Shown piece by piece: positions 13,184 to 25,473 of a stretch of 64,000 bases of DNA (positions are counted from its first letter, which is position 1; each line of letters opens with the position of its first letter). The notes under the pieces are model-generated. The model was given only the letters and a program-made list of their open reading frames with translations. It did no database searches and had not been told where the DNA came from. Origin of the DNA: Lepidodermella squamata (taxonomy: Eukaryota > Animalia > Gastrotricha); assembly GCA_047495785.1 (NCBI GenBank), contig JBLDXI010000046.1, positions 62,001 to 126,000 of the forward strand, read 5' to 3'. Both the position numbers and the translations under genes were made by a program.

Positions 13184-14108
13184 TTAGGAAGTGCCGCAAG
13201 TCTCAACTGTCAATCCATAGAGTGCAACAGTTGTAGGATTTAGGATATCTCGATTGTTGCCAATCATGTAGCAGCATGTAGCATAACTGGCAAATTGTGA
13301 TATTGGAGATCTTCGGGTCTTTTAAAGTATTTACGGTTAATAATGTGAAGAAATCACAGTCTTAAAATCATCTTACAAAAGAGGGATTTGAATTCACGAC
13401 GTCGCTTGGCGTTACAGCCGTGAGTGGGAAGCGTACGCAGTTACCCTGTGTAGCTGTGTTACCAGGAGCTGGGCCTGTTAGCAAGTAAGGAAATACGGGC
13501 GCTCCGACACAAATTGCTGTATAGATTGGGGGGGATCCTGTAGTAACAGCTGGGTCGTAATAGACATTAGACCCCGTTTGTGCGCAGCACAAGGCGAATG
13601 TGCTGAATGTGTTTGGCGACCCCGAAAATTGCTATTGAATATAAAATTAAGCAGTATCAAATAAACGTGAATGGCTTTACAGTGCCACCGGTCAACGTGT
13701 TGCAGGCTCCGGCGTTGGCGAGGCAGAATTTTGTTCCAGGCGTGCCAACTCCTGAACCGCCAATCGTATCGATTTGACACAGGTTGAAAACAGGCTACAT
13801 TGCAGAAAAAAACGATTAAAAAGGCTCCCGTAATATCAGATGATTCTCACCGTGGTTAGGCATGATTTAGTCGCATCAGTGCAGGCCTGGGCTGACGTAA
13901 CACACACGCTTGGTGATGAGCAAGTGTTGGCTGTTGTAACGCAGCTTGAACCAGGCGAGCATGTTGGTGACGGGCTAGGAGAGTTGGATGCTGGTACAGA
14001 AGGGCATGGCGTTGTAGTTGTTGTTGTTGTTGCTATTGTCGATGATGCTGGGCAAGCGATGCCACCTGCCAAGATGGCCGGAAATACGGCACAGCTAAGA
14101 ATGAACAT
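13184..14108 (-). CDS. Secreted Cys/Thr/Pro-rich protein, paralogue B (~253 aa); exons 14108-13851, 13794-13681, 13631-13377, 13318-13184
   Basis: Signal peptide, phase-0 introns of 49-58 nt, open spliced frame, family Cys pattern. Confidence 0.88.
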
Positions 14109-14178
14109 TCGCAATATAAAGTTTGGAGTTGAGAGAGACAGAAAAGAAAAGATGGTGAAGAAGGAAAAATGAGGCTGC

Positions 14179-14830
14179 TTTTATAGGCAAAGGCAGCATG
14201 CTTCTGTCGACCGCAGTAATTACTGCCGTATCATTCAAAATTCGAAAATTTCAGCCAAATGCTAAACAATGTTTTTGCTTAGGTCTTATAGAAGGAAACT
14301 ACACGTATGTCTCATAATGGGATGATTCACCGTCTCTGAGCGGATTTCATCGAATTCCTACCAGTGGCGGCTACCTTGAGGTCTTATCGAGTAAATACGC
14401 CTTGAAAAATGGCCGAGCGCGTTGACAATCCATTAGAGCCAAAGAGGAGGTAAGCATAATACTATCATATCAATGAACTCTACGCTAATTATCTGCGTTT
14501 TTTCTTGGGGCCACAGAGAACGTAGCGACTCGAGGCCTGCCACAGCCACTGGCGTTTGATGATGAGGCCTGGGTGTATTAACTGGCGAAACTAATCGGTT
14601 TGCTCGTTGCTTTGACGAAGGCCACACAACGCGTTAACGTTACGTGACTACAGAGCCTACGCCGTTTTCCTGCGCCCTTCACATCACATCACCGGCCGAG
14701 CGAAACAGTGTTCAATTTTGACGGCGGGGTGGAACAGTGCTCAAAGCATGCGTGCTTAGTTATATCAAACGTTTTTTTTCCATTCGCGTGTGGCAGATGA
14801 TGAGTTTACACTGTTTCACTCTTAGGTTAG
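14179..14830 (-). promoter_or_regulatory. Upstream region of paralogue B with TATA box (14179-14185), conserved upstream of C, E and F
   Basis: TATAAAAG on the minus strand; blocks gcatgcttctgtcga.cgcagt and tcgagt.aatac.cct....aaa...g.cga.cgcgttgac recur at ~17494, ~24033, ~30212 and nearby. Confidence 0.55.
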
Positions 14831-15362
14831 CTGGCTTTTTCTTCACCCTCACAGGTTTGGAGAGTGTATTATACGCTTTTCTTTCCATCTTTCGTTCTTG
14901 TTTAAATAATTATCCAGCCTAAAGTTCGTGAAGATGAAACCGTTTGTCAAAATGTGCACTTTCATGCAGCCGTCTGCCAATCAATACTGGCTCGGTTCGA
15001 AGCTTGAAAATTAACGAAAATTAAATGAAAGTGAAAAAACAAAGCTTGTCTTCCATTTCAAAGTTTAGAGTTTGAAAAGGCTCAGCTTTCTAATAGGTCT
15101 ATTGAATGATCAGAACTGCTTCATAACTCATTAAAGGCCAGGAACCTAATGGATATTGTTAAATGACCTTTCTTAACACCAACTGGACCTTATACCAGCC
15201 TAAGAATCAACTTCGAATGAAATTCATGTAAAATCAGATCATTAATCATTAATATCAAGATACAGTAAAACAGATGGGTCCTGAACAAGCTGTCCTGCAC
15301 CACTTCACTTCTGCACCACCGTCTCGTTGCGGTGAACATTGTACCCAATCTCGCTCGGGTTT

Positions 15363-15364
<2 letters not shown>

Positions 15365-15395
<31 letters not shown>
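15365..15395. repeat. (AG)n microsatellite
   Basis: Direct reading; a shorter (AG)n lies at ~22059-22077. Confidence 0.95.
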
Positions 15396-15398
<3 letters not shown>

Positions 15399-16465
15399 TG
15401 AATTTCTCTATGGCTAGCTATAAAATAATCCCCTATTTCTCAAGTGAGTTTCCGGCTTCCGGCGGCGCGTTTTGCTGCTGCTTGGGCCCGAAAATAAACC
15501 CCCAGCTCGAGTATCGTACTTCACACATTGTTCGGTTTATTTTACTCAATGAAACCAAACGATGGTTTCATAACGCGTGTTTTTGTTTCAACGACGCCAA
15601 CTCATACTGACACTCATTGATGAATAAAAAGAAGAGATCTGACACTGTAGTACTATCATGTTTGCCGAAATGATTCATCACCGTACCGTGAATACTACTG
15701 TGGAACAGGTGTGCACGAAATTTTAATAGCAGAGGTTTGTCAACAGCAGGGTTTTTCCTTTATCGTTTTACCCATCCTCTCCACCAGTCGCACTCGCGGT
15801 CATCTGGATGCGTGGAGTAGGAAGATCCGAGGTTTCATTGGTCTCATTCGCCCATTAATTCTAGGTTATTCAGATAGATTCAAATAGATGGATAGATTGC
15901 TTTCAAAGCTTAGAGAACGAAAGCCGAGTAATCTTTCATACAACGCGAACGATGAGTTTTCAACGTCATTTTATTTGATTCATGTAATTAATGCTTTGGA
16001 TACAACATTTAACCTGAAGGGGAAGCTGAGTTCGACGCATTGTCTAGCAAGGCTCGAATTTTGACTTCACACCATGAGAAGAATAAGGAAGGATCGCATA
16101 TCGAGACGACCGATAAGTTAACAAGTGAAAAGTGGGGTTTTTGTATTTCCAGCAAAGGACAAAAAGTGCGTTGACTTGAGAACGGGCATCAAAATCTCTT
16201 TGTCTCAAACCCCACCTTTCACTTGTTAAAGTTCATAATATGAGACTTTAGGATTACATGTACAAGAGGAATTATTCACAGAGTAACGATGCCTAGAATA
16301 AATCGATACTATTAACGTGTAATCCCAACTTCATAAACGGCAGCCACACGCTTGAAAGCAGTATTTTCAAGAGTGTCATACACATAGTCTTACGAAAATA
16401 TAAGGAATATATTAAGTGTGTTTATAGGCTTTGAATAATAGTATCCCTAAGCACCGGGAGCTAAA

Positions 16466-17303
16466 TCAATTGCCGCAGGTGTCGACTGTGAAACCGGGGA
16501 ACAGAGCACCACTGGTCGAGTAGGTGACTGGATCGCCACTTGGAGATGCGGCGCAGCAGGCCGAGTAACTGGAAAAGGCTGATGTCGGCCAAGAAGGCTA
16601 TACAAATCGAAGATTGAATTATCAGACGCTAAAAATTCAAATCAGTGACTCACAATTGCACCACCAGGTGAGATGAGGCTATCTTGCCCTGACGTGAGAC
16701 AGGCGTTAGGAAAGCGAATACAGCGGCCATTCCCAGTACTGCCAGCACATACTTTGTACGGGTTGGCATCGGCAGCTCCGAAGCAGTACAACGATGGGTT
16801 CGGGGCGCTGGAGGCCTTGTAGACGTCATACACCGTTGTCGTAGCTCCGATACCTGAGCAACAGGCTGCAAATGAGTTGAATGTTGTCGTCGTGACACCG
16901 GTTGCGGTCTGATAAGGAACAGTTAAACGATTGTTAAATCAAATAAAATCGGCTTTCTTTTCTTACCACTCCTGGTGGAATGAGATTGCAGGCAGCGCCG
17001 GCTGTTGAGCTGCAGTACTTGATAGTTTTCGCTACAGCGGGTCCGGTTCCGGGGGTTGTGACCTGGCACATCGTGAATTGATTCTGTAAATTTAACAAAT
17101 CAATGAGGTTTATTACTGTAGATTCGTTAATGCATTACGTTGTCTAGACAAGATTGCGACGAAGAACAGGCCGTAGCCGCACAGCTAGTTCCCGTGGCGC
17201 AGGTCGGCGCTGATGGGCAAGGCGTCGATGTTGATGAGGAGGGGCATGCGCTCGACAGGGCTACGAACAAGCTGAGAACAACAACGACATAGGCGGTCGA
17301 CAT
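16466..17303 (-). CDS. Secreted Cys/Thr/Pro-rich protein, paralogue C (~222 aa); exons 17303-17139, 17083-16967, 16908-16654, 16597-16466
   Basis: MSTAYVVVVLSLFVALSSA|CPSS signal; same intron positions and phase as paralogues; CIRFP and two CC motifs. Confidence 0.88.
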
Positions 17304-18199
17304 TTCAACGCGAAGATGAATTAGCTTGGAAGAAAACTAAATATGCAAGCAAACTTTGAGTTGCTTTAAAAGGTGATTATGACGAACTGACTCTGGAGGG
17401 TTGACACCACCGGCGCAACCAGCTTGCGACAGATGAACGCGTTGGTTGTACCTAGGTTTTTCTTGAGTTCGTAGTGTTTGAGGGAGTTGGGTTGGCATGC
17501 TTCTGTCGAACGCAGTTAATTGTTACCGTATATCTTGTTCAACTCTAATGCTGCAGTTCGAGCCATAGGAATCCTTTGCGTATATTCAACATCAAACGAA
17601 ACTAGCCATAATCAACTAAAGTGTTACACTAGAAGTATTCACTGCCTCCTGGGTGAAAATGATCGGTGTCCTTCGAGGCTGCCTTGAGATTTTGTCGAGT
17701 AAATACGCCTTGAAAATATGGCCGAACGCGTTGACAACGAGGTAGGCATAATATCAAATCGATGGGTTGTACGCTTATTACCTGAGTTTTTTCGTGAGGC
17801 CATAGTAAACGTAGGGAGCCTACTACAGCCACCGGCGTTGCTGCGCTGACTATCAGTGCCTAAATGGCTAAAGAAGAGGTAAGCATAATACTATCATATC
17901 AATGAACTCTACGTTAATTATCTGAGTTTTTTCTCGACTCCTGCCACAGCCACCGGTGTTTGATGCGGTAGGCGCGAGTGTATTAACTAACGATAATAAA
18001 CGGTTTGCTCGTTGCTGCGACACAGGCAACACATAACGGTTGCCACTGAAGCTACGTAGCTATAGAGCCTGCGCCGCCTCGGTGAAACAACCAATATTGC
18101 TGGGGTGACGCAGTAGTGCTATGAGTTCAAGCTTGTGTGTTGAAGAAGATGAGCGACGCCGTTTCACGCCTTTCTTAGCTGGCTTTTTTCTTCATTATT

Positions 18200-18790
18200 T
18201 CTTCTTGTTATGCGGCAATCGCCGTCCACAGTTCAATAAGTTAGCCCATTTCCCACCACTGAAATACTCTGCGAGGAATCGGTGAAATAATCTGATTGGT
18301 AAACAAAACCAAATTGTGGTTGAATTATTTGGAATTGTTCACTTTTAACGGCTCCAATCAACTCAAGATTGCGCCGTTCGAATCAATGCGGCGCTCATCC
18401 TCTAGTCCACGCAGCTCCTCGCCTCGGTTGGGTCAGCGTGCATCGGAAGCATGCAATTCATTCGGCAACTTTCGTATGGAAATGCCTCAACGGTCAAGCC
18501 CAAGCAGCGATGCAGGCCATGTTCCAGCTCAATGAACCGAGCCAGTCACTTCGAACCGACCTTCTATTCTCTGCGCAGGAGTCTGGGTTACCGAGGGCTC
18601 GATTTGTGGAACCAACTTCCTGTGGAGTCGCAACAAGCTGAATCCGCCGCGGAATGTCGCGAAGCTGTCTATCAGTATTATCGTGGATAAAATGCCGCTA
18701 AATTATCTCAGTGTTCAATAATGCTGAATGTGTTTTTCTACTTATTCTATTGTTTTGATTTTACTTTGTCTATGTCCTCATAATTCTCTG
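18200..18790 (+). mobile_element. LINE (L2/CR1 group) ORF2 3' relic
   Basis: RLGWVSV...FVWKCLNG and RSLGYRGLDLWNQLP are typical post-RT motifs; frameshifted; boundaries approximate. Confidence 0.65.
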
Positions 18791-19319
18791 TCACGGCTAT
18801 AATAAATCCGGTCTATAACTCTGTCTTCTCCTACTATACCTTTCATGTCCTAACCGAATCTGTCCCACTGCAATTGTATGTTGTTTTTCTCAAAACTGTC
18901 GAGCTTAAAAGTAAATGGTTAAATAATAAACAAATTAACGTAAAAATACAACGTCTAAGCATTGACATTCGGCCTTCACAGGTTTTATGGAAAACTGCAG
19001 TGAAAAAGGGCACCCTGGCTAGCCAATGGGCGGAAAACTTCCAAGATCCAATACTGAACGTCAATGCAGAGAAACAGTCACTTTACGGAAGCAACACATT
19101 GATGCTCATAAAATTGGGGAAATTCGCATTAAAAATTCAGATGAAAGTTGACTGCCAGCTGAAAAGAATTTCATGATCATCTCTAAATCGCCTCAGTTCA
19201 CGGACCCTACATCGCACACTGTTTACGAATTCAACTTATTATTTACCGCAAGCACTTGAACATTTGAATTTGGACCTGACATTTTCTCGATCGCATTGAC
19301 TTTTACCTCCTGGTGAGAT

Positions 19320-19682
19320 CATAGAGAAAAAGCGAACAGAGTAAGCACTCAAGCCTAATTTTGATCTGCATTATTTAATCGAGTGTTTTCTCAAGACGGA
19401 TATCTTCGTTTTTTACCTAATTTAGCATGCATATAGAACTCTAGCTCCTCTTTCACGTGCTCAGTCTTCATCTCATCAACATAAATGAAACAATAGTGAA
19501 AACGAGGGTTTTGTATCGTAACAACGGTTGGGTTGCCCACCTCAAATCTTTTGTGTTCTATAAGCATGCATAATTTGGTAGAAAAACGGAGATATCGCAG
19601 TTTTGAGAAATTCAACTTTGAATACAAATGAAGATTTTGAAATGTTTGCTGGAGTGCTTACTCAGGTAATTTTTTCTCTATG
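19320..19682. mobile_element. Non-autonomous DNA transposon (hAT- or P-type)
   Basis: TIR CATAGAGAAAAA...GAGTAAGCACTC; 8-bp TSD GGTGAGAT; absent from the paralogous region near 12965. Confidence 0.85.
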
Positions 19683-20002
19683 GGTGAGATAGAAACAAGC
19701 GCCTTCTTACTTGCTGCCAATATGTTGAAAAAAACAACGCCACGATTTTTGCATGTTTGCGTATTTTATTTTCCAAATTCAAGTAATCGAACGGAGAAAT
19801 TCAGAATGAAACAAATTGCTATAATGTGAATTCTGTATATATTTCTGCAGTATTCGCTTCAAACTGAAATTCTGTTGAGAAATCTCTAGTCTCATTTCAA
19901 TAAATTGTTGAGAAATTCTATTATTTCTTGTCAGGTGAAACAAATTGCGATAAGTGAAAACATCAGTCCATGAGTCAATGCAAGACGTTGATCAAAGCTT
20001 CC

Positions 20003-21115
20003 TCAGGTAGTGCTGCATTTTTCAATTGTCAGTCCATAGAGGGAAATAGTTGCAGGTATCTGGGCATTCCGAATGCCGCTAAGGGAATAGCAGCAGGAAG
20101 CATAATTCTCATTCTCTCATTCTCATTTTTATTGCAAATTGTTTTTCAACAGTTAGCAAATAGTTAAGTTTAGTTTAGCAGAAAGTTGTTTCTTGGCGCC
20201 TCACCACAGAAGTCACGTAGTTTACCAATGAAGGCGAATTAAATTTTATATGTTTGCAAAAAGCACTGTGAGAGTTGTTAACCACGCAAGACGGCAGACG
20301 GTTCCACGCAGCACGCACGCGCCTGGAGAAGCTAAATTTATAGTTCAGGTTATTTCTAACCGCTTTCATCGTCACAGAATGAGGAGGAAGGCGAGAGTTT
20401 CGGGAGATTATAAAAAAGTCAGAGAAATTTATATCAATACAACCCTGATACATTTCATGCATTAGAATGAGGTCATGTTGGAAGCGGCGAACCTCTAGCG
20501 TCGTTAAGCCCAATTTCTGTAGACGTTCCTCATAAGATGCACCCTCGACCGTTTCGTGATACGAGCTTCGATAGAGTAGTCTTTTTGTGAACCGCTTTTG
20601 TACCGATTCAAGGTCATCAATATCCTGTCACCAATATTCCATCAATTGGAATACCTTGCTGATGGAATTCTCATGGACTATTAAAGCAATTACGGTAATT
20701 AATGCGAAGATATCAGCTAACAGTCTCAAAATAATCTCACCGAGGTAAATGAAGGATTTGCGTTTTCGACGTCTGTTGGCGTTGAAGCCGTGATTGGGAA
20801 CCGTATGCAGGTTCCAGAGGTACCAGGAGCTGGGCCTGTTAGCAAATAAGGAGTAGTGGGCGTTGCCCCGACACAAATTGTAGTATATGTTGGTGGAGAT
20901 CCCGTAATAACAGCAGGGTCGTAATAGACATTAGGCCCCGTTTGTGCGCAGCACAAATCGAAGGTGGAGAATGTGTTTGGCGACCCCGAAGCTTGCTACG
21001 AAAGATAAAATTAGGCAGTACCAACTAAACATGAATGGATTTACAGTGCCGCCAGTCAACAGGTTGCAGGCTCCGGCGTTGGCGAGGCAAAATTTTGTTC
21101 CAGGCGTGCCAACTC
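20003..21115 (-). pseudogene. Paralogue D of the Cys-rich family: exon 1 and half of exon 2 lost, exon 4 split by a LINE
   Basis: Similarity to B starts abruptly at ~21115; exon 3 intact; exon 4 reads SMRIPSARYSN/[LINE]/YASCC...EKCSTT-stop. Confidence 0.88.
20108..20643 (-). mobile_element. 5'-truncated CR1/L2-type LINE
   Basis: DLESVQKRFTK, YEERLQKLGLTTLEVRR..DL, FSRRV..AWNRLP; 3' AATAAA plus (AATGAG)n tail; AATT on both flanks. Confidence 0.88.
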
Positions 21116-21404
21116 TGTCGTGAGCATTCATCCGCAATTCATCCGCAAACGCGGGTGTTGAGCCTGTGCCTTACTAACATTCTAGCACTAGCATGCCCAA
21201 TGCTAGTCGCGTATCCACTAGGCAACTGCGCTCGCTGTGCTGTTTCAGAGAGGGAAAAATGGGATTTCTTTACGGCAAAACAATGAAAATACACATAAAA
21301 GGGTTCGGAAAAACTAAAATGAGAGACGAAGCCACTTTTCATGGCCAGAAAATATTTAGAAAAATTCAAAAAACCACGGGTATAACTTGGTAGTGGGATT
21401 AAAT

Positions 21405-21837
21405 ACCGTAAACTACAGTATAAATGCCGCGGCGACTAATTTTCCTGATTTGTGCTGAAAAAAGGCAACAAGTGCGGCGATTATTCGAGCGCGGTCTTAA
21501 TTTTCCTCAATTTTTCAAAACTCTTCGTGAGCAAATTGAATCATAACCAAATTCACGCATCAATAATTTCCTCATTATCAACGGGTCTTCAATGACATCG
21601 TTTTCCTCGTCAAGTTTTCGATTCCTGTTTGGCTGATGGTATTATTTGGGCAAAGATGGGACTAATAACAACAACAAAATTGCTTATATATAAATAATAA
21701 ATAAAAAATGAAAGGATTGCTTGGATGAAGCTGCGCAGAAGCGTGCCCAGGTGGCTGTGCGTGGTGCGTGCTTAGATGCGGTGATTATTCGCGCGCGGCC
21801 TTTATTCAGGATGCGTCCTTTCTACTGTAGTGTACGC
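21405..21837. mobile_element. Degenerate Tc2-like MITE
   Basis: TA|CCGTAAACTACAGTA with imperfect inverse tactgtagtgtacg. Confidence 0.55.
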
Positions 21838-22963
21838 CAAGTCAGGAGGAATTTGGCCCAGCCGAGTAAATATAACTTAAAATTACCGACGCAGTTTCTG
21901 TTTGAATCACTGATTCGTGAACCCCTGATTCGAGCCTCCTACTTCGCGCTTCGCGCAGTGTTGGGAAATTTATTAAAAATTCAGTGAACTAAAACGATGG
22001 CTTCGCAAGGCGTGCTTTAATTCAAACGACGCTATACTTACGCTCATTGATGAATAAAAGAGAGAGAGAGAGAGAGATCTAACACTGCAGTACGCAGTAC
22101 TTTCATGTGTGCCGAAACGATTCGTACGTGTATACTTACTATGATGATACTCGTATGCACGTAAATTTAATAGTTGAGCTTTTTCAACAAACTTTTATCG
22201 CAAGAAATAAACTCGAATCCACTGTGTATACCGTTTCGCTCAAGCTATAATCAAGATATGCAAGATAGTCCCCGCGCTCCACACCTTTCCGAGGCTGGTG
22301 AGTGCAGTGTTGGAAAAGGTCCGGTCGACCGGCGCCGTTCCCGGTTTGAGTCTCAAAAAATGCGATAGGTAGACCGGGAGAAGTCGAATTTTCAACATCA
22401 GGTTAACCCAGGTTAACTGCCAGCAAATGAGCAGCGGTATATGCGAAGCATTGAAGTCACGGAGTATTCAAGTTGTGGTAGCGACGAGCAAGAGACTGCG
22501 CGATAGAAACCATCTTCGAAAGTCACTGCGACCCCACTGTTCCAGGTTCCAGCTCTGCGAAAGCACTAGTCTTTCAACAAAATACTGTCTCCGGATGAAT
22601 CAACATGGTTCAGGTGTCATTATCCAGCCCTGGTGCCATAAAGCTACCCTAAAATGTCTATTATGTACCACTAAAAGGTTGGAGGTTAAACATTTGTTTC
22701 AGCTTGGCCCCGAAAGAACCCCCTAGCTCGAAGATAACTTGAACTTTGATCGAAACCAGAACAAATTTGGTTCCTCTAACAAATATTCTTAAATTTTCGC
22801 GCGTTCTATCGTTGTTGAGACTGACAAGTCAATTGATCACCTGGTGGTAAATTTTATTTCAGGGAAAAGGCCGACTTCGCTCTGTTGGCGTCATCACAAT
22901 AAAAGCTAATCGCCTTGGAGTTATTCAGTTTATCAGTTGATGAAGATGTTGCTCGAAGCTCCA

Positions 22964-23936
22964 CTAAGGGCCAGCGTTGCATTTTTCCAAAGTCAGTCCG
23001 TAAAGAGAAATAAATGAAGTCGGCTGGAAACGTGGATTAGCACCAATAGAGAAGCAGCAGCCAGCGAAGCTTCCATATGCCAAGTCACCGAGTGCTCTTC
23101 GCTGTTAAAGAAATTCTGGTTAGCAATGGCGAAGTATCAGGATTAGAATCATCTTACAAATTGCTGATTTGTAACAGCGTTATCCGCTGGTGCTGCAGCC
23201 GTGAGTGGAAAGCGCAAGCAGTAGCCTGATGTAGCTGTAGCCGCCGGAGTACTGGACATTATCTTGAACGGTGCAGCGTCGGATGTTCCAACGCAAATCA
23301 TCGTATAAGTGGGAGTAGGGATTCCTGTAATAACGGCTAAATCGTAAAATTTAATAGCTCCCGTTTGAGCGCAACACAAGTCGAATGTGCCGAATGTGTT
23401 TGGCGAACCCGACACTGGCTATGGTACAAAAAATGAGGCCTTATATGGAAATAACAACATGAATGGATTTACTGAGCCGCCGGTCAACGTGTTGCAGGCC
23501 GCGGAATTGGCCAGACAATATTTTATTCCAGACGTGCCAACTCCTGGACCGCCAATCGTATCGATTTGGCATAGGTTGTAAACAGGCTATACATTGCAAA
23601 AAAAAGATTGTGACTTTGAATTAGGTTCCAGATCCTCACCGTGGTTACGCATGATTTAGTCGCGTCGGTACAGGCCTGGGCTGACGTGACACACACGTTT
23701 GGTGATGAGCAGCTGTTGGCTGCAGGAACACACACGTTCGGTGATGAGCAAGTTTCGGCTGAAGTAACACAGCTTGAACCAGGGGAGCATGTTGGTGACG
23801 GGCTAGGCGAGTTGGATGCTGGAACAGAAGGGCAAGGAGTTGTAGTAGTGGTTGTTGTTGCTGTTGTTGATGATGCTGGGCAAGCACTGCCATCGGCCAA
23901 TATGGCCAGAAATACGGCACAGCTGAGAATGAGCAT
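22964..23936 (-). CDS. Secreted Cys/Thr/Pro-rich protein, paralogue E (~269 aa); exons 23936-23640, 23586-23473, 23418-23158, 23101-22964
   Basis: Signal peptide, phase-0 introns of 53-56 nt, open spliced frame; TATAAAA at 24016-24022. Confidence 0.88.
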
Positions 23937-25473
23937 TCTTCAGAACAATGGCTCAGAATTTAAAGAGACAGAAAAGAAAAGATGAAAGATGATGAAGAAG
24001 GAAAAGTGAGGCTGCTTTTATAGGCAAAGTCAGCATGCTTCTGTCGAACGCAGTAATTACTACCGTATCATGCACAGTTAGAAGAATACAGCTGGATGCA
24101 AAACAATTGATTTGCAAAGGCCTTATCGAAGAACACTAGCTGAATGTGCTTAGATGGGATGATTCACCGTCTCCTGAACGGAATTCATCGGTTCCCATGA
24201 AGACGCGGCTACCTTGAGGTTTTATCGAGTGAATACGCCTGGGAAAATGCTCGAACGCGTTGACTATCTTCTGTGACATTAAAGCCAAAGCCGAGGCGTG
24301 CATGTTACTCTCATATCAATGAGCACTGTTCGCTAATTATCTCATTTTTTTCTTGAGGCCACAGAGAACGTAGTGACTCGAGGCCTGCCACAGCCACCGA
24401 CGTTTGATGATGAAACAGGAGTGTATTAACTGGCGAAACTAATCGGTTCGCTCGTTGCTTTGACGCAGGCCATATACAAGGCTTTTGCAGCTAACGTTGC
24501 GTGACTATAGAGCCTACGCCATTATCACTTGCCGGGGTGAAACAGTGTTTAATATTGCCGCGTTCAAACAGTGTCCAAATGTGCCGGTGGGGCGAAACAG
24601 TGTTCAAAGCGCGCGTGCTCAGGTATATCACACGTTTTTTCATTCACGTGTGGCAGATGATGACTTTACACTCGCTGTTTCGCACTCTTTGGTTAGCTGG
24701 CTTTTCTCCTCATCCTAAGGGTCCCCTCACACAAGTGATGTTAAAAATGTTAATTCAAATTTGAATTTCTCAGATGGATATCTCCGTTGTTCACTATATT
24801 TTGAATATAGTTTGTATACAATATCTGGGAGCTTTGTAGCGGATAGCGAAAAATATTCGCCTGAAGGCCGTTCAAGCTTAGAAGCCAAGCTGCTAATGCG
24901 CAAGAAGAATTCTCAGTCGACCAGCCAGTCACTCAGCGATGGAAGCGAGACGATCTCGGCTTGCGACTTGTTTGCTGTAGCATCTTGGCGCCACACCGAT
25001 CCTCGAGTTGATCTCAGCCCGCTCCAGCCGGAGCAAGAACGAGTGCAAGTTGCGGCTGGCTCAAGTTATTCTAGCAATCGGCAATAATTCTCGGTTCCGG
25101 TGGATCTTCCGCTTAATCGAATATCGAATCTGATCCAACGACCAAAATGGCTTGGTCCGCTTGTTTCCGTGTCTTAGCGGCAATTCCTTCAACCCTGTTA
25201 ATTTTCTCGTTATTACAAAATAATAAAATTAGGGGGTCGCAGGGGTTTCAGCGCCTCAGTATTTTTCTGGCTTTTGTTTCCGTGCTCAAAGATATCGAAA
25301 ATAGGGGTGAATGCTGCTGAAATTTCGAGAGGTGAGCTGAGTTTAAATCAGCCCGGATATCATGCTATCCTGGCTCAAACAGCCCGGGATAGCAGAAAAT
25401 ATTCCGGGCTGTTTTACGGCGTTTTTCCACTATGATCCGGATAAATTTAAATCTATCGCCTATGTAACGCGAG

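Noticed and set aside
13580-13620. PNTFSTF..C resembles the Kunitz N-F-x-T-x-x-x-C ending
   Set aside because: The rest of the Kunitz Cys spacing and the GGC motif are absent
13840-14172. Plus-strand Val-rich ORFs (also 23641-23985, 29769-30188)
   Set aside because: Antisense shadows of exon 1 of the Cys-rich genes; signal peptides, splice sites and TATA boxes are on the minus strand
24720-25440. Block interrupting the upstream region of paralogue E, with short ORFs
   Set aside because: Probably transposon-derived, but I could not define termini, a TSD or a protein motif
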